Positions 1 through 12,439 of a DNA stretch of 64,000 nt are shown piece by piece (the first letter of the stretch is position 1; each line of letters opens with the position of its first letter). A program made the position numbers and the translations under genes. The stretch spans positions 8,687-72,686 of the forward strand of contig MKUM01000066.1 in assembly GCA_001897825.1 (NCBI GenBank). The letters are read 5' to 3'. Source of the stretch: Candidatus Amoebophilus sp. 36-38 (GTDB taxonomy: Bacteria; Bacteroidota; Bacteroidia; Cytophagales; Amoebophilaceae). The notes beneath the pieces were generated by a model, which worked only from the letters and a program-made list of their open reading frames with translations, was not told the origin of the DNA and searched no databases.

Positions 1-2
1 TC

Positions 3-392
3 AAAGGTGCCTTGTTAAATGATGCCCATGGTATTCTAACCAAGCTTGGGAAGAATACGCAGGCGGGACGTCAGATTCGGTTCACCAATGTTCGAGAAAT
101 AGTGGAGATAGAACCCGTCTTGAAAGCCTATATTGATGAAGCCATTGAAGTGGAAAAAGCCGGTTTAAAAATAAATTATAAAAAAACTGCAGAATTCATC
201 ATTCCTGAAGAATTTCAAAATAAATTAGATGAAATCCCTGCCTTAAAAACTGCTTTCGATGCATTAACGCCCGGACGACAAAGAGCATACATTCTTTATT
301 TTTCTGCACCCAAGCAATCTAAAACTCGGAAGTCAAGGGTTGAAAAATATATGCAGCAAATTCTCAATGGAAAGGGATTAAATGATCAGTAA
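3..392 (+). CDS. YdeI/OmpD-associated family protein, C-terminal part (5' end outside window)
   Basis: Frame is open to the window edge. C-terminal motif LTPGRQRAYILYFSAPKQSKTRKSRVEKYMQQILNGKGLND is typical of YdeI/DUF1801-type proteins. Confidence 0.55.
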   Translation, partial: KGALLNDAHGILTKLGKNTQAGRQIRFTNVREIVEIEPVLKAYIDEAIEVEKAGLKINYKKTAEFIIPEEFQNKLDEIPALKTAFDALTPGRQRAYILYFSAPKQSKTRKSRVEKYMQQILNGKGLNDQ

Positions 393-394
393 TT

Positions 395-575
395 AGAGTT
401 CTTCCGAAACCGAAACCATTGCCTGTAGCCCCTAGGCTCGTCAGTAAGTGTGTGTCAGGGCCGGAGCCCTGACACCTCAATCCTCATATGCTGTCAAGAG
501 TTTCCTCCTGACAGTCTGATTTAAGTGGTGGGAGTAACTCCCACCACCACAACTCCGGTTTCTCACAAATTCTTT
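395..575 (+). mobile_element. MITE-like element copy A: left TIR agagttcttccgaaacc, right TIR missing, extra hairpin inserts
   Basis: Shares aaaccg..ggctcgtcagtaag...actccggtttctcacaaattc with copies at 9996, 33027, 43837, 48761 and 57645. Carries the nested GTGTCAGGGC hairpin at 452-475. Confidence 0.7.
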
Positions 576-1535
576 CTACAAATTGGGGAAAGTAGAAATA
601 GCTTCATAAAATTGTTCCTCTGTAATAGCTACTTCCTCTAACAAAGAATAAGCTCCTGCTATGGCCTCTAAGGTCATCTTGTTAGAATTCGTGATGAGAA
701 TCTCACTTTGTGGAGTAATGAGATAAATTTTTTTGTTATTAATCCTCGTACTATGCGCTCGATAAGCAATATTTTTTACATCTATTCGACTCTTCTCTCC
801 TATTTTCCGAATAACAGGAATATCAGCATTATAAATTACACTTCCTGCCTTAGGAAGGCTATCTGCCAATGCATTGAAGGCATCAACAGATCTATCTAAA
901 GTATCTTCCCCTTCAGGAGATATTTTATCCAAACTACTAATAACTACAATATGTGGGTCATAAGCTAAAAACTGAGGCCGCTGATCCAATGTTGAAGCGG
1001 CATGCCCATCTGCTTGAAGCAGTATAATAGGTGCATCACTTATTTTTATTGATTCATCTAAACAAGAAGAGGTAGTTATATAATCAAAAGACCGATTCCA
1101 ATAGCGCAATACATATATAAAAATAGTGAGTAGTATATCTGTTATCTCTTCAATTCCTGTAACAACAATACGTTGCTTGTCTTGCGCATATTTATGGATG
1201 TAATCAGCATATATATAAACAGGAACACCTAATTGGTGTGCCATTTCCACTTCTACATTCTTAGCATCTATTTTTCTACCTATAATCAATCCATCCAGGC
1301 GAGGATGAATGTTGTTTGCATCCAATCCTATTCTTTGGGGTAAGATATGATTTTGAACTAGCTTATTAGCTATATAGGGTTCCGGATTTGATTCTACGCT
1401 AGTTGTGATCTCATATCCTTGGTGCTTTAGTGCAATAGCTAGGTTTGCCAAAAAGATCTCATTGATACCTAAGCAATGGATCTTTCTAGATACATCTAGA
1501 GAATTTTCTTTTGTAAGCTTTGCAGGATAACCCAT
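576..1535 (-). CDS. Degenerate Mur ligase (Mpl/MurC-like) relic: P-loop lost, C-terminal domain absent
   Basis: Collinear with E. coli Mpl domains 1-2 (KIHCLGINEIFLANLAIALKHQGYEITTS vs RIHILGICGTFMGGLAMLARQLGHEVTGS). The GTHGKTTT position reads GIEEITDI. The ORF ends at the edge of MITE copy A. Confidence 0.5.
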   Translation of the reverse strand: MGYPAKLTKENSLDVSRKIHCLGINEIFLANLAIALKHQGYEITTSVESNPEPYIANKLVQNHILPQRIGLDANNIHPRLDGLIIGRKIDAKNVEVEMAHQLGVPVYIYADYIHKYAQDKQRIVVTGIEEITDILLTIFIYVLRYWNRSFDYITTSSCLDESIKISDAPIILLQADGHAASTLDQRPQFLAYDPHIVVISSLDKISPEGEDTLDRSVDAFNALADSLPKAGSVIYNADIPVIRKIGEKSRIDVKNIAYRAHSTRINNKKIYLITPQSEILITNSNKMTLEAIAGAYSLLEEVAITEEQFYEAISTFPNL

Positions 1536-1551
1536 ACTTTTAGTCCTTAGT

Positions 1552-1580
1552 GTGTGTCAGGGCTGAGGCCCTGACACCAC
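1552..1580. repeat. REP-like hairpin gtgtcagggc-tgag-gccctgacac
   Basis: Perfect 10-bp stem. Same family as 452-475, 1637-1668, 32201-32229 and 43889-43912. Confidence 0.85.
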
Positions 1581-1636
1581 AGTCAAGAATCAAATTGTTA
1601 TCATCGATCTTTGTATATCTTTGGTCAGAGCATTTA

Positions 1637-1668
1637 GTGTGGTGTCAGGGCTGAAGCCCTAACACCAC
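1637..1668. repeat. REP-like hairpin gtggtgtcagggc-tgaa-gccctaacaccac
   Basis: Palindrome read directly. Lies just downstream of the rpoC stop codon. Confidence 0.85.
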
Positions 1669-1681
1669 AAAGGCATTTACA

Positions 1682-4600
1682 TTAAGCCTGGGCAATATTT
1701 TCCATAGGCATCGTTTTTTCCCTAGATGCCATTAGGTTATCATAATCCTCCTTAAGCCCAACAATCAATTTGTTATAACGTGGTAAACCAGTACCTGTAG
1801 GGATTAAATGGCCTACAATAACATTTTCTTTTAGCCCTTGTAACCGATCTCGCTTACCTCTTATTGCAGCTTCACTCAACACCCTCGTAGTATCTTGGAA
1901 TGAGGCGGCTGATATAAAGCTTTTTGTATCTAAGGAAGCTTGTGTAATCCCTTGCAATTTTAGCCGAGCAATAGCTGGTTCAGCATCTCTAGCCTGTATA
2001 AGTGACAAATTATGTCGTTTTAAGTTAGCATTTTCATCATCCAGCATTCTGGCAGTGATAATCTGACCCACTCTGAATAGCTTAGAATCACCTGCATCAG
2101 TTACCACTTTTTTATCTAACAGTTTATCATTGTCTTCTCTAAAGACAAACTTGCTGATAGTCTGTCCAGGCAAGAAAGTGGTATCCCCTGATTCTATTAC
2201 TTCTAACTTACTGAGCATCTGCCTGACAATAACTTCAATGTGTTTATCATTGATTTTAACACCTTGTAGGCGATACACAGCTTGTAATTCTTTTGCAATA
2301 TACTCTTGTACTGCCACAGGCCCTTTGATATTTAAGATGCTACTCGGCGAAATATTACCATCAGAAATAGGATAGCCTGCTTTGATATAGTCATTATCCT
2401 GCACAAGTATATGTTTTGAAAGGGGTACTAAATACTTTCTTTTTATACCATCTTTTGACTCAACAAAAATCTCACGACTACCTCTTTTTATAGGTCCATA
2501 TGTAACAAAGCCATCTATTTCACTTACGATAGAAGGGTTCGATGGGTCTCTGGCTTCAAAGAGTTCTGTCACCCTTGGTAATCCTCCTGTAATGTCTTTA
2601 GATAAGCTAACTACTCTTGGTATTTTTACAAGCGGATGCCCTGCTTTGATTTTACTACCATCTTCTACTATTAAGCGCGCTTTTACAGGTATGTTATAGT
2701 TAATAGATTCTCCAGAAGTACTTTTGACAGTTATACTAGGGTTTTTAGTCTTATCTTTGGATTCGATAATCACTTTTTCTTTATACCCTGTTTGCTCATC
2801 ATATTCTTCTTTGTAGGTAACGCCTTCTTCTATAGAATGAAACTCAATGGTTCCATCTATACTTGTTAAGATCACTGCGTTATATGGATCCCAATAGCAT
2901 ATCTCTTGCCCTTTCTCTACAAGCTCACCTTGTTTGACACGTAAGAACGCACTGTAGGGCACGTGCTTATGCATGAGTATTCTATTATCCTGTGGATCTA
3001 ACAACCTAACTTCACAAGACCTACTGATAATTACATCTATTTTTTCTCCTTGGGAGTTGGTAGTTTTAATTGTATTAAAATCTTCAAAACTTACAATGCC
3101 CTTATCTGTAGCTTGTATATTAGACTCAACGGCTACGCTAGCTGCAGCACCACCCACGTGGAATGTTCTCAATGTAAGCTGCGTACCAGGTTCACCAATA
3201 GACTGTGCAGCTATAACTCCTACCGCTTCTCCTATTTGTACAAGTTTTCCAGTAGCCAAGTTCCTACCATAGCATTTTGTACATATACCTCTTCTAGTCT
3301 CACAGGTTAGCACCGACCTTACTTCAACACTTTCAATGCCTGCTGTTTCAATAGAAGCAGCTATTTCTTCATTAAACTCTTCTCCTGCACTAATCAGTAA
3401 TTTATTCGTATTGGGATAATAAATATCGTTTAGAGCCACCCTGCCTAATATTCGTTCAGAGATAGATTCGGCTACTTCATCTTTATTTATTGAAGTAGTA
3501 ATCGTAACGCCACGTAATGTACCGCAATCTTCTTCTGTCGTGATTACATCTTGTGCCACATCTACTAGTCTTCTTGTCAAATAACCAGCATCTGCTGTTT
3601 TAAGAGCTGTATCGGCAAGACCCTTCCTAGCTCCGTGTGTAGAGATAAAATATTCAAGTACATCCAACCCTTCTTTAAAGTTAGAAAGAATTGGGTTTTC
3701 TATGATTTCTCCTACAGATCCTTGTAGTTGTTTCTGAGGTTTACCCATCAGACCACGCATCCCACCTAGCTGACGAACCTGCTCTCTAGAACCTCTAGCT
3801 CCGGAGTTCATCATCATAAATATAGAATTGAACCCTTGCCTATCTTCTTCTAGCTCTTGCATCAAGAATACCGTAACTTGCGTATTGACGCGCGTCCATA
3901 TATCGATGATCTGGTTATATCGCTCATTGTCAGTGATAAGACCCATCAAATAGTTTTCTTGTACAGCATTTACATCTTTTTGAGCTTGTTCTATCAGTTC
4001 AAACTTAATATGAGGGACTTTAATATCATCTAAAGCAAAACTTACTCCACTTTTATAAGCATACTGGAACCCTAGTGCTTTTACATCATCCAAAAATTGA
4101 GTAGCTCGTGAAGTACCAACTAATCTATAAACCTGACTAGTAATGTGTTGTAATTTTTTGCTATTAAGTAGTTCATTAATAAATCCTAATTCTTCTGGAA
4201 CGTACTGATTGAAAACTACCCTACCGGCTATCGTTTCGATGATGTGATGAACCATTTCACCATTTTTATCTCTTTCTTTGATTCTAACTTTAATCAATGC
4301 ATGGATAGAAACCTCATCATTTTCAATGCCAATTATTACTTCCTCTGGAGAATAGAAAGTCATTCCTTCTCCTTTAACAGGAGCGTCTGGAGTGCCCTTT
4401 TTACCTTTTGTGAGATAGTACAGTCCTAAGATCATGTCTTTGGTAGGCACGGCAAGAGGAGTTCCATTAGCAGAGTTAAGAATATTATGAGAAGCCAACA
4501 TAATGATAGATGCTTCTGCAATAGCTTCGTGACTCAAAGGAACGTGCACTGCCATCTGGTCTCCATCAAAGTCCGCATTAAATGCAGCACAAACTAAAGG

Positions 4601-5992
4601 ATGGAGCTGTATCGCTTTACCTTCGATTAACTTAGGTTGGAAAGCTTGAATACTAAGCCTGTGTAATGTTGGGGCGCGGTTCAGTAGTACAGGGTGTCCT
4701 TTTAAAACATTTTCTAAGATATCCCATACGACAGGCGTCTTTTTCTCAACTAGTTTTTTTGCTGATTTTACAGTTTTAACAATACCCCTTTCAATAAGTC
4801 GCCTAATAATAAATGGTTTGAATAGCTCAGCAGCCATATCTTTGGGCAATCCACATTCATGTAATTTCAGTTCAGGACCTACTACAATTACAGACCTACC
4901 CGAATAGTCGACACGTTTTCCTAGCAAGTTTTGACGGAAACGACCTTGTTTTCCTTTGAGTATGTCACTGAATGATTTCAACACCCTAGAGCCTTCGGCA
5001 ACAACCGTATTTATTTTTCTAGAATTGTCAAATAGAGAGTCCACAGCTTCCTGAAGCATTCTTTTTTCATTTCTTAAGATAACTTCAGGGGCTTTAATAT
5101 CTATCAGCCGTTTTAACCTATTATTTCGGATAATAACTCTTCTATACAGATCATTTAAATCTGAGGTAGCGAACTTACCGCCATCAAGCGGCACAAGCGG
5201 ACGAAGATCTGGAGGGATAACGGGTATGATACGCATGATCATCCACTCAGGCTTGTTAGCGATCCGAGTTTTAGCATCTCTAAAAGCTTCTACTACTTTT
5301 AAACGTTTCAGAGCCTCTACCCTACGCTGTTGAGAAGTGTCGGTATGTGCCTGTTCACGTAATTCGATAGATAAGGTGTCTAGGTCTATGCGTGATAAGA
5401 TAAACTCCAACGCTTCGGCACCCATCTTAGCAATAAATTTATTAGGATCATTATCATCTAACAACTGATTTTCACGAGGAAGAATGTCTATAATATTCAG
5501 ATATTCTTCTTCTGTGAGAAAGTCCATGTAGCTAAGTCCTTCGTCTGCCTTAATCCCTGCTTGTACAACTACATATCTTTCATAATAAATAATTTGATCC
5601 AGTTTTTTGGTAGGAAGTCCAAGCAGATTACCGATCTTACTTGGTAACGACCTAAAATACCAGGTATGAGCTACAGGTATAACTAGTTCAATATGGCCTG
5701 TCCTTTCTCTTCTGACTTTCTTCTCCGTTACTTCTACACCACATCGGTCGCATATGATGCCTTTGTATCTAATTCTTTTGTACTTCCCGCAGTGACACTC
5801 CCAATCTTTTACAGGACCAAATATTCTTTCACAAAATAAACCCTTCATCTCAGGCTTATAAGTCCTGTAGTTAATAGTCTCTGGTTGTGTAACTTCTCCA
5901 CGAGATCTTTCTAGAATTGATTCGGGAGAAGCAAGACTGATAATGATCTCGGAAAAATCTGATTTAATTCTTGTGTCTTTTCTGGCTAACAT
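1682..5992 (-). CDS. rpoC: DNA-directed RNA polymerase subunit beta'
   Basis: 1436 aa. Catalytic motif [12 protein letters not shown] and zinc-binding [14 protein letters not shown] are present. Sits downstream of rpoB. Confidence 0.98.
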   Translation of the reverse strand: MLARKDTRIKSDFSEIIISLASPESILERSRGEVTQPETINYRTYKPEMKGLFCERIFGPVKDWECHCGKYKRIRYKGIICDRCGVEVTEKKVRRERTGHIELVIPVAHTWYFRSLPSKIGNLLGLPTKKLDQIIYYERYVVVQAGIKADEGLSYMDFLTEEEYLNIIDILPRENQLLDDNDPNKFIAKMGAEALEFILSRIDLDTLSIELREQAHTDTSQQRRVEALKRLKVVEAFRDAKTRIANKPEWMIMRIIPVIPPDLRPLVPLDGGKFATSDLNDLYRRVIIRNNRLKRLIDIKAPEVILRNEKRMLQEAVDSLFDNSRKINTVVAEGSRVLKSFSDILKGKQGRFRQNLLGKRVDYSGRSVIVVGPELKLHECGLPKDMAAELFKPFIIRRLIERGIVKTVKSAKKLVEKKTPVVWDILENVLKGHPVLLNRAPTLHRLSIQAFQPKLIEGKAIQLHPLVCAAFNADFDGDQMAVHVPLSHEAIAEASIIMLASHNILNSANGTPLAVPTKDMILGLYYLTKGKKGTPDAPVKGEGMTFYSPEEVIIGIENDEVSIHALIKVRIKERDKNGEMVHHIIETIAGRVVFNQYVPEELGFINELLNSKKLQHITSQVYRLVGTSRATQFLDDVKALGFQYAYKSGVSFALDDIKVPHIKFELIEQAQKDVNAVQENYLMGLITDNERYNQIIDIWTRVNTQVTVFLMQELEEDRQGFNSIFMMMNSGARGSREQVRQLGGMRGLMGKPQKQLQGSVGEIIENPILSNFKEGLDVLEYFISTHGARKGLADTALKTADAGYLTRRLVDVAQDVITTEEDCGTLRGVTITTSINKDEVAESISERILGRVALNDIYYPNTNKLLISAGEEFNEEIAASIETAGIESVEVRSVLTCETRRGICTKCYGRNLATGKLVQIGEAVGVIAAQSIGEPGTQLTLRTFHVGGAAASVAVESNIQATDKGIVSFEDFNTIKTTNSQGEKIDVIISRSCEVRLLDPQDNRILMHKHVPYSAFLRVKQGELVEKGQEICYWDPYNAVILTSIDGTIEFHSIEEGVTYKEEYDEQTGYKEKVIIESKDKTKNPSITVKSTSGESINYNIPVKARLIVEDGSKIKAGHPLVKIPRVVSLSKDITGGLPRVTELFEARDPSNPSIVSEIDGFVTYGPIKRGSREIFVESKDGIKRKYLVPLSKHILVQDNDYIKAGYPISDGNISPSSILNIKGPVAVQEYIAKELQAVYRLQGVKINDKHIEVIVRQMLSKLEVIESGDTTFLPGQTISKFVFREDNDKLLDKKVVTDAGDSKLFRVGQIITARMLDDENANLKRHNLSLIQARDAEPAIARLKLQGITQASLDTKSFISAASFQDTTRVLSEAAIRGKRDRLQGLKENVIVGHLIPTGTGLPRYNKLIVGLKEDYDNLMASREKTMPMENIAQA

Positions 5993-6044
5993 ATGTGCTT
6001 ATCTAATGGTCTATTGGTTAATAGTTAACAGATATAGATTTAAC

Positions 6045-9000
6045 TTATTTGAGCGTAATCTCCAACCCTAGTCCTCTAAGCTCATGAATCAAAACATTAA
6101 ATGATTCTGGTATGCCTGGCTTAGGGAAACTTGTTCCTTTTACGATAGCCTCATAGGCTTTTGAACGACCAACTACGTCATCTGATTTGGTGGTCAACAT
6201 TTCTTGTAAGATATGTGCAGCACCAAATGCTTCTAATGCCCACACCTCCATTTCTCCGAAACGCTGTCCTCCGAATTGAGACCTACCTCCTAGTGGCTGT
6301 TGTGTAATCAACGAGTAGGGTCCGATAGAACGAGCATGCATCTTATCATCTACTAAGTGGTCTAGTTTCAGCATGTAGATGACTCCCACAGTTATTTGTT
6401 GATCGAACTTTTTTCCAGTAAGACCATCATACAGTTCAGCCTTTCCAAATGAGGGTAATCCTGCCTCTGCCAGCTCTTTGCTTACATCCTCGATCGTAGC
6501 TCCATCAAAAATAGGTGTAGCATATTTTTTATCTAATTTTTCTCCTGCCCAACCTAATAGCGTTTCGTATATCTGCCCCAAGTTCATACGTGAAGGCAAT
6601 CCCAATGGGCTCAATACAATGTCCACTGGTGAACCATCCGCTAAGAAAGGCATATCTTCTTCTCTTACTACTCTGGCAACAATACCTTTGTTACCATGTC
6701 TACCTGCCATTTTATCTCCTGCTTGAAGCTTGCGCTTGTTAGCTACATATACCTTAGCTAATTTAAGGATGCCTGTAGGCAGTTCATCTCCTATTTCTAA
6801 AGCAAACCTTTCTCTTCTAAAATCGCCTATAAGGCCGTTTCTCTTCGTATTGTAATTGCTAACAAGGGTTTTAATAAGCGCATTCTTCTTCTTATTATCT
6901 GTCCAGTTGTCAAGCATTACTTCACCTACCAAGTTAGTCTCTTCTGGAATGTTGTAGTAGCTTTCGTCTCGATATAAATTTTTGCTAGGGAATAAGTTTT
7001 TCTCAATCAACTCAGCCGTGAAAGCTTTTCCTGGAGCTATTAATTCATCTCCAAATTGATGATAGACTCCTTTTGACTTTTCACCTTCTAATAGCTTTTT
7101 GAGCTTCCCTATCATAACTGCACGCAAATCAGTAAGCTGTTTGGCATGCGCCTTTTTCAAGATTTCTAATTCTTTCTTGACCTTAGCTCGAGAGTTTTTA
7201 TCTGTTCTAGGTTTTGAAAACAATCTAGTTTTTACTACCACACCTTGCATAGAAGGTGGTACCTTTAGAGAAGCATCTTTTACATCCCCTGCTTTATCAC
7301 CAAATATCGCTCTTAAAAGCTTTTCTTCAGGGCTAGGATCCGCCTCTCCTTTAGGAGTTATCTTACCAATGAGTACATCCCCTTCTTTTATAGAAGTTCC
7401 GACGGCAACGATACCATTTTTATCTAGATTGCTTAAAGCTTCTTCACTTAAGTTAGGAATCTCAGAGGTTAACTCTTCTTCACCGAGTTTCGTGTCCCGT
7501 GCTTCTAACGAGAATTCTTCTATGTGAATGGAAGTGAATAGATCTTCTCTTACAATACGCTCTGAAATAACAATAGCATCCTCATAGTTATAACCTTGCC
7601 AAGACATAAAGGCTACTTTGAGATTTCTTCCTAAAGCTAGTTCGCCATTTTGAGTAGCATATCCTTCACATAAGATTTGACCTTGTTTGACAACGTCACC
7701 TTTGGCTACAATAGGTTTTAAGTTGACACAGGTACCTTGGTTAGTACCTTTCATTTTAAGTAAAGGATAAGTAATAGAAGATTTATCAAAAGATATGAGC
7801 TGCTCATCTTCTGTAAAGTCGTAATTGATTACAATTTTATTAGCATCTACATATTCCACTACCCCATCTTTTTCAGCTCGAACCAGACCTCTAAAATCTT
7901 GAGCGATCCGCTTTTCTATTCCTGTACCAACAATAGGTGCCTCAGGCTGAATGAGTGGTACTGACTGACGCTGCATGTTTGAACCCATCAGCGCACGGCT
8001 AGCATCATTATGCTCCAAGAATGGGATCAGTGAAGCAGAAATAGATACAATCTGGTTAGGAGCGATATCTATGAAAGAGATATCTTCTGGGCCAACTATC
8101 GGAAAATCTCCTGCATAACGAGTTTTTACTTTTTCTTCTATAAAATGTCCTTTGTCATCTAGCTTGGAGCTGGCTTGTGCAATCTTGATTTTATCTTCCT
8201 CTTCTGCAGTTAGGTATTGGGCATTTTCTTTGAAGTCTACCACACCGTTTTTGATTTTTCTATAGGGGGTTACAATAAAGCCCATATCATTGATCCTAGC
8301 ATGCACAGATAAAGAAGATATCAAACCAATATTAGGTCCTTCTGGCGTTTCAACGGTACAAAGGCGTCCATAGTGGGTATAATGAATATCCCTGATTTCA
8401 AAACCAGCTCGATCTCTTGAAAGTCCACCAGGTCCTAAAGCAGAAATCCTTCTTTTATGCGTAACCTCTGCCAAAGGATTGACTTGGTCCATAAATTGCG
8501 AGAGTGGATTGGTACCAAAAAATGTGTTGATAACTGAAGAGAGGGTTCTCGCATTTACTAAATCACTAGGCTTAAATTCTTCGTTGTCCCTCACATTCAT
8601 CCTTTCTCGGATAGTTCGAGCCATTCTAGACAATCCTAACTCAAACTGACCATATAGTTGCTCACCAACACTGCGAAGCCTTCTATTACTCAAGTGATCA
8701 ATATCATCCACCGTAGCTTTGGAATTAATAAGCCCAATTAAATATTTAACAATTTGTAAAATATCCTCTTTGGTAAGTATGCTAACATCCATGGGGATGT
8801 TTAAACCTAGTTTGGTGTTAATTTTATAACGACCAACTTCTCCAAGGCTATATCGTTTGGTACTAAAAAACAAGCTTTGTATCGCTTCTCGTGCTGTTTG
8901 TTCATCAGGCGGCTCAGAACTACGAAGTTGGCGATATATTTGTTCTACGGCTTCTTTTTCGGAGTTAGCGTTATCTTTATGTAGGGTATTGTATATGATC

Positions 9001-9950
9001 TCGTAGTCAGCAATATTGATATCTTCTCGATATAATACTATAGAAGAAGTTCCCGATTGTAATATTGCTTCTATAGCAGATTCGTCAATAATAGCATTTC
9101 TTTCTAACACTACCTCGTTACGGTCTAGTGTGATCACTTCTCCGGTATCTTCATCGATAAAATCTTCGGTCCAAGATCTTAATACACGTGCTGCGAGCTT
9201 TCTTCCGATTTTCTGTTTTAAATTCGTTTTATTTGCTTTTATTTCTTCAGATAAACCAAATATATCTAAAATCTCTTTGTCGGTACCATATCCGATAGCT
9301 CTCAAAAGTGTCGTGATAGGAAACTTTTTCTTCCGATCTATATACGCATACATGATGTTATTCACATCGGTAGCAAATTCAATCCAGGCACCTTTAAAAG
9401 GAATTATACGAGCAGAATATAGTTTCGCACCGCTGATATGTTTACTTTGGGCAAAAAACACACCGGGAGATTTGTGTATTTGAGAAACCACCACACGTTC
9501 GGCTCCATTAATTATAAAGGAACCTTGTGAAGTCATGTAGGGGATATTGCCTAAAAAAACTTCTTGTTCTATGGTCTCAAACTCTTCGTCATCGTTATCG
9601 TTGCGCAATAATCGCAACTTAGCCTTAAGAGGGACTGAATAGGTAACGCCTCTTTCAACACATTCTTTAGGATCATATTTGGGAGCGTCAAGCGTATAGT
9701 CAATAAATTCTAGTACAAAATTTCCTCTAGAATCTTCTATAGGAAAGTATTCCCTAAAAACTTTATGCAAGCCCTCATCAACTCTCTTTTCAGGTGGCGT
9801 ACCTAACTGAAAAAAATCATTGAAGGACTTAAGCTGTATTTCAAGGAAGTCAGGATAGTCAGAAATGCTTCTAGTAGAAGCGAAACTAACTCTTGAACGG
9901 TGCGTGGTATTCTTTTCTATCAAGGTTATAGAAGTTAAAATTGTATACAA
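6045..9950 (-). CDS. rpoB: DNA-directed RNA polymerase subunit beta
   Basis: 1301 aa with [17 protein letters not shown] and other conserved blocks. The N-terminal start is uncertain: TTG at 9950, alternative TTG at 9923. Confidence 0.97.
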   Translation of the reverse strand: MYTILTSITLIEKNTTHRSRVSFASTRSISDYPDFLEIQLKSFNDFFQLGTPPEKRVDEGLHKVFREYFPIEDSRGNFVLEFIDYTLDAPKYDPKECVERGVTYSVPLKAKLRLLRNDNDDEEFETIEQEVFLGNIPYMTSQGSFIINGAERVVVSQIHKSPGVFFAQSKHISGAKLYSARIIPFKGAWIEFATDVNNIMYAYIDRKKKFPITTLLRAIGYGTDKEILDIFGLSEEIKANKTNLKQKIGRKLAARVLRSWTEDFIDEDTGEVITLDRNEVVLERNAIIDESAIEAILQSGTSSIVLYREDINIADYEIIYNTLHKDNANSEKEAVEQIYRQLRSSEPPDEQTAREAIQSLFFSTKRYSLGEVGRYKINTKLGLNIPMDVSILTKEDILQIVKYLIGLINSKATVDDIDHLSNRRLRSVGEQLYGQFELGLSRMARTIRERMNVRDNEEFKPSDLVNARTLSSVINTFFGTNPLSQFMDQVNPLAEVTHKRRISALGPGGLSRDRAGFEIRDIHYTHYGRLCTVETPEGPNIGLISSLSVHARINDMGFIVTPYRKIKNGVVDFKENAQYLTAEEEDKIKIAQASSKLDDKGHFIEEKVKTRYAGDFPIVGPEDISFIDIAPNQIVSISASLIPFLEHNDASRALMGSNMQRQSVPLIQPEAPIVGTGIEKRIAQDFRGLVRAEKDGVVEYVDANKIVINYDFTEDEQLISFDKSSITYPLLKMKGTNQGTCVNLKPIVAKGDVVKQGQILCEGYATQNGELALGRNLKVAFMSWQGYNYEDAIVISERIVREDLFTSIHIEEFSLEARDTKLGEEELTSEIPNLSEEALSNLDKNGIVAVGTSIKEGDVLIGKITPKGEADPSPEEKLLRAIFGDKAGDVKDASLKVPPSMQGVVVKTRLFSKPRTDKNSRAKVKKELEILKKAHAKQLTDLRAVMIGKLKKLLEGEKSKGVYHQFGDELIAPGKAFTAELIEKNLFPSKNLYRDESYYNIPEETNLVGEVMLDNWTDNKKKNALIKTLVSNYNTKRNGLIGDFRRERFALEIGDELPTGILKLAKVYVANKRKLQAGDKMAGRHGNKGIVARVVREEDMPFLADGSPVDIVLSPLGLPSRMNLGQIYETLLGWAGEKLDKKYATPIFDGATIEDVSKELAEAGLPSFGKAELYDGLTGKKFDQQITVGVIYMLKLDHLVDDKMHARSIGPYSLITQQPLGGRSQFGGQRFGEMEVWALEAFGAAHILQEMLTTKSDDVVGRSKAYEAIVKGTSFPKPGIPESFNVLIHELRGLGLEITLK

Positions 9951-9995
9951 CAGAATAACTGTACTCCGTAATAGGTTGATTTTTTGCTACCCATC

Positions 9996-10138
9996 AGAGT
10001 TCTTGCCTAACCGTCGCCTTGAGTCCTCTGGGTTCGTCAGTAATTTGCTCAAAATCCTCATTTACTACAGTAAACTCCGGTTTCTCGCAAATTCCTTCCT
10101 GCCTAGCAAACCCAATTCTCGGTTATATCAAGAATTCT
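9996..10138 (+). mobile_element. MITE-like element copy B in the rplL-rpoB spacer
   Basis: agagttcttgcctaaccgtcgccttgag...actccggtttctcgcaaattccttcctgcc...ggttatatcaagaattct. Same family as the other copies. Confidence 0.8.
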
Positions 10139-10263
10139 ATTATACGTGTACAGTTTATTACCATATTTTAAAAGTATAAGACAGAAATGCCTATCTCACA
10201 CTTCCTACAGAAGCCAATAACAATGCGCTTATTGAGCAAGTAATTTTTATTAACAGAAAAAAA

Positions 10264-10659
10264 TTACTTAAGCTCAACTTCAGCACCTGCTTCTTCTAAT
10301 TTACTTTTTAAAGATTCTGCTTCGGCTTTGGCTACTCCTTCTTTAATAGCTTTAGGAGCTGCATCCACAAGATCTTTGGCTTCTTTTATACCCAATCCTG
10401 TTAAATCCTTAACTAGTTTCACAACAGATAGCTTACTAGCTCCGGCTGATTTAAGGATTACATCAAAGTGAGTCTTTTCTTCTGCAGGTTTTGAATCTGC
10501 TCCTTGTGCACTTCCACCAGCAACTACTACAGGCGCGGCGGCGGCGGCAGGTTCTATACCATGTTCTTCTTTTAATATAGCTGCTAATTCGTTAACTTCT
10601 TTTACTGTCAAATTAACAAGCTGTTCTGCAAATTTTTTTAGATCTGTCATTTTACCCAA
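10264..10659 (-). CDS. rplL: 50S ribosomal protein L7/L12
   Basis: 131 aa. Ala-rich hinge and [15 protein letters not shown] motif. Confidence 0.97.
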   Translation of the reverse strand: MGKMTDLKKFAEQLVNLTVKEVNELAAILKEEHGIEPAAAAAPVVVAGGSAQGADSKPAEEKTHFDVILKSAGASKLSVVKLVKDLTGLGIKEAKDLVDAAPKAIKEGVAKAEAESLKSKLEEAGAEVELK

Positions 10660-10693
10660 ATTTTAGTTAATAAATAATAAAATATAGTTCACC

Positions 10694-11236
10694 CTATTCT
10701 TTCCTATCACCCAACGTTTTTATAATTCCTGATATTTGTGTTTTTCCACTTTGTAAAGCAGATAGCACGTTTGCCATTGGAGACTGTAGCAAACCAATAA
10801 TCTCGCCAATAAGCACTTGTTTGGATTTCAGCTTGGTCAATGCCTCCAAGTTTTCATCTCCAACAAATAATTCACCATCTATATAAGCTCCTTTGAGGAT
10901 AGGCCTATCTAGATTTTTTTCCTTTCTAAAATCTTGGACAAGCTTAGCAGGTATATTTGCATTTTCATTAAAAAACAAAATACCACTAAATCCTTTTAGT
11001 ACTTTGTCACGTAAAGATTCATAGATACCATTCATACCTGGCATCTCATCCAAAGCTTTGAGAATCAATGTATTCTTGGCAACTCTATAACTCACGCCTA
11101 CCTGACGACATTCTCTTCTAAACTGGTTAGTAGCTTGTACAGAAAGACTGGTAGAATCTACTATATAAAAGCAGTTGTTATTTCTAAACTTTTCTGCTAA
11201 ATCTTTGATAATTATAGTTTTTTCTTGTCGATTCAT
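10694..11236 (-). CDS. rplJ: 50S ribosomal protein L10
   Basis: 180 aa. Lies between rplA and rplL in the conserved operon. Confidence 0.93.
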   Translation of the reverse strand: MNRQEKTIIIKDLAEKFRNNNCFYIVDSTSLSVQATNQFRRECRQVGVSYRVAKNTLILKALDEMPGMNGIYESLRDKVLKGFSGILFFNENANIPAKLVQDFRKEKNLDRPILKGAYIDGELFVGDENLEALTKLKSKQVLIGEIIGLLQSPMANVLSALQSGKTQISGIIKTLGDRKE

Positions 11237-11241
11237 TTTGT

Positions 11242-11940
11242 CTAAAATCCAAAATTAGTACTTGTATCTACATGAACACCCTGGCTCATGGTGCTAGCTA
11301 AGCTAATACTTTTTAAATAGCTACCCTTAGCAGATGCAGGCTTAGCTTTAAGAAGCGAAGCTAGTAATTCTTTTGCATTATCTCTAATTGCTTCTTTAGT
11401 AAAGGAGACTCTGCCAACACTAGCATGGACGATACCATATTTATCAACTTTATATTCGATTTTTCCTGATTTAACAGCTCGTACAGCTTGAGCAATTTCT
11501 GTAGTTACGGTCCCGGTTTTAGGGTTAGGCATTAAACCTCTAGGCCCTAGTATTTTACCAAGCCTACCTACCTTCACCATTATTTCAGGCATGGTGATAA
11601 TTACGTCTACATCTACCCAGCCTTCTTCGATCTTCTTTATATACTCATCTAAACCTACGTAGTCAGCTCCTGCTTCTTTGGCTTCTTTTTCTTTATCAGG
11701 TGTGCACAACACCAATATTCTTCTTTCTTTTCCAGTACCATGGGGAAGTACTAGCGTGCCTCTAACCATTTGATCAGCTTTTTTGGGATCTACTCCCAAA
11801 TGTACAGCCATATCGACAGAAGCATCAAATTTAGTATAGGTAATCTTTTTTACAACTTCTATAGCTTCTTCCAGCTTATAAGTCTTTTGGAAGTCATATT
11901 GTCCGATAACCGCTTTCTGTTTTTTAGTTAATTTAGCCAT
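11242..11940 (-). CDS. rplA: 50S ribosomal protein L1
   Basis: 232 aa. MAKLTKKQK start and conserved [15 protein letters not shown]. Confidence 0.97.
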   Translation of the reverse strand: MAKLTKKQKAVIGQYDFQKTYKLEEAIEVVKKITYTKFDASVDMAVHLGVDPKKADQMVRGTLVLPHGTGKERRILVLCTPDKEKEAKEAGADYVGLDEYIKKIEEGWVDVDVIITMPEIMVKVGRLGKILGPRGLMPNPKTGTVTTEIAQAVRAVKSGKIEYKVDKYGIVHASVGRVSFTKEAIRDNAKELLASLLKAKPASAKGSYLKSISLASTMSQGVHVDTSTNFGF

Positions 11941-11976
11941 TAGACTAATGTTAATTATTTGAATAGTTACTTTTAA

Positions 11977-12402
11977 TTATTGTTGTATCGTGACCCCCAT
12001 ACTTCGAGCAGTACCTGCCACCATTTTTATAGCAGATTCTAAGGAAGTAGTATTGAGGTCTTCTAATTTAGAAGCCGCAATTGCTTCTAAATCAGCCTTT
12101 GTTAATACACCTACTTTATTCCTATTAGGCTCTGAGGATCCTTTAGAAAGTCCAACCTTTTTCATAATAGAAGCAGAAGCAGGAGGAGTTTTTATAATAA
12201 AGTCAAAAGTTTTGTCTTGATAGATAGTGATCAAAACAGGAAGTACTTGTCCTTGCTTATCTTGCGTCCGAGCATTGAACTGCTTACAGAACTCCATAAT
12301 ATTTAAGCCCTTGCTACCTAATGCAGGGCCTACTGGAGGAGCTGGTTTAGCCTCCCCGCCTTTTACTTGAAGTTTTAAGTAGCCTACAATTTCTTTAGCC
12401 AT
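11977..12402 (-). CDS. rplK: 50S ribosomal protein L11
   Basis: 141 aa. [20 protein letters not shown] motif. Confidence 0.97.
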   Translation of the reverse strand: MAKEIVGYLKLQVKGGEAKPAPPVGPALGSKGLNIMEFCKQFNARTQDKQGQVLPVLITIYQDKTFDFIIKTPPASASIMKKVGLSKGSSEPNRNKVGVLTKADLEAIAASKLEDLNTTSLESAIKMVAGTARSMGVTIQQ

Positions 12403-12439
12403 ATATGTATTTTATATTAAGGAATGGTAAACGGTTAGC

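Noticed and set aside
2130-9483. Plus-strand ORFs of 60-155 aa inside rpoC and rpoB (e.g. 2973-3272, 7099-7527, 9016-9483)
   Set aside because: They lie antisense to strongly conserved genes and have low-complexity Ser/Leu/Phe-rich translations with no motifs. These are shadow ORFs typical of AT-rich DNA.
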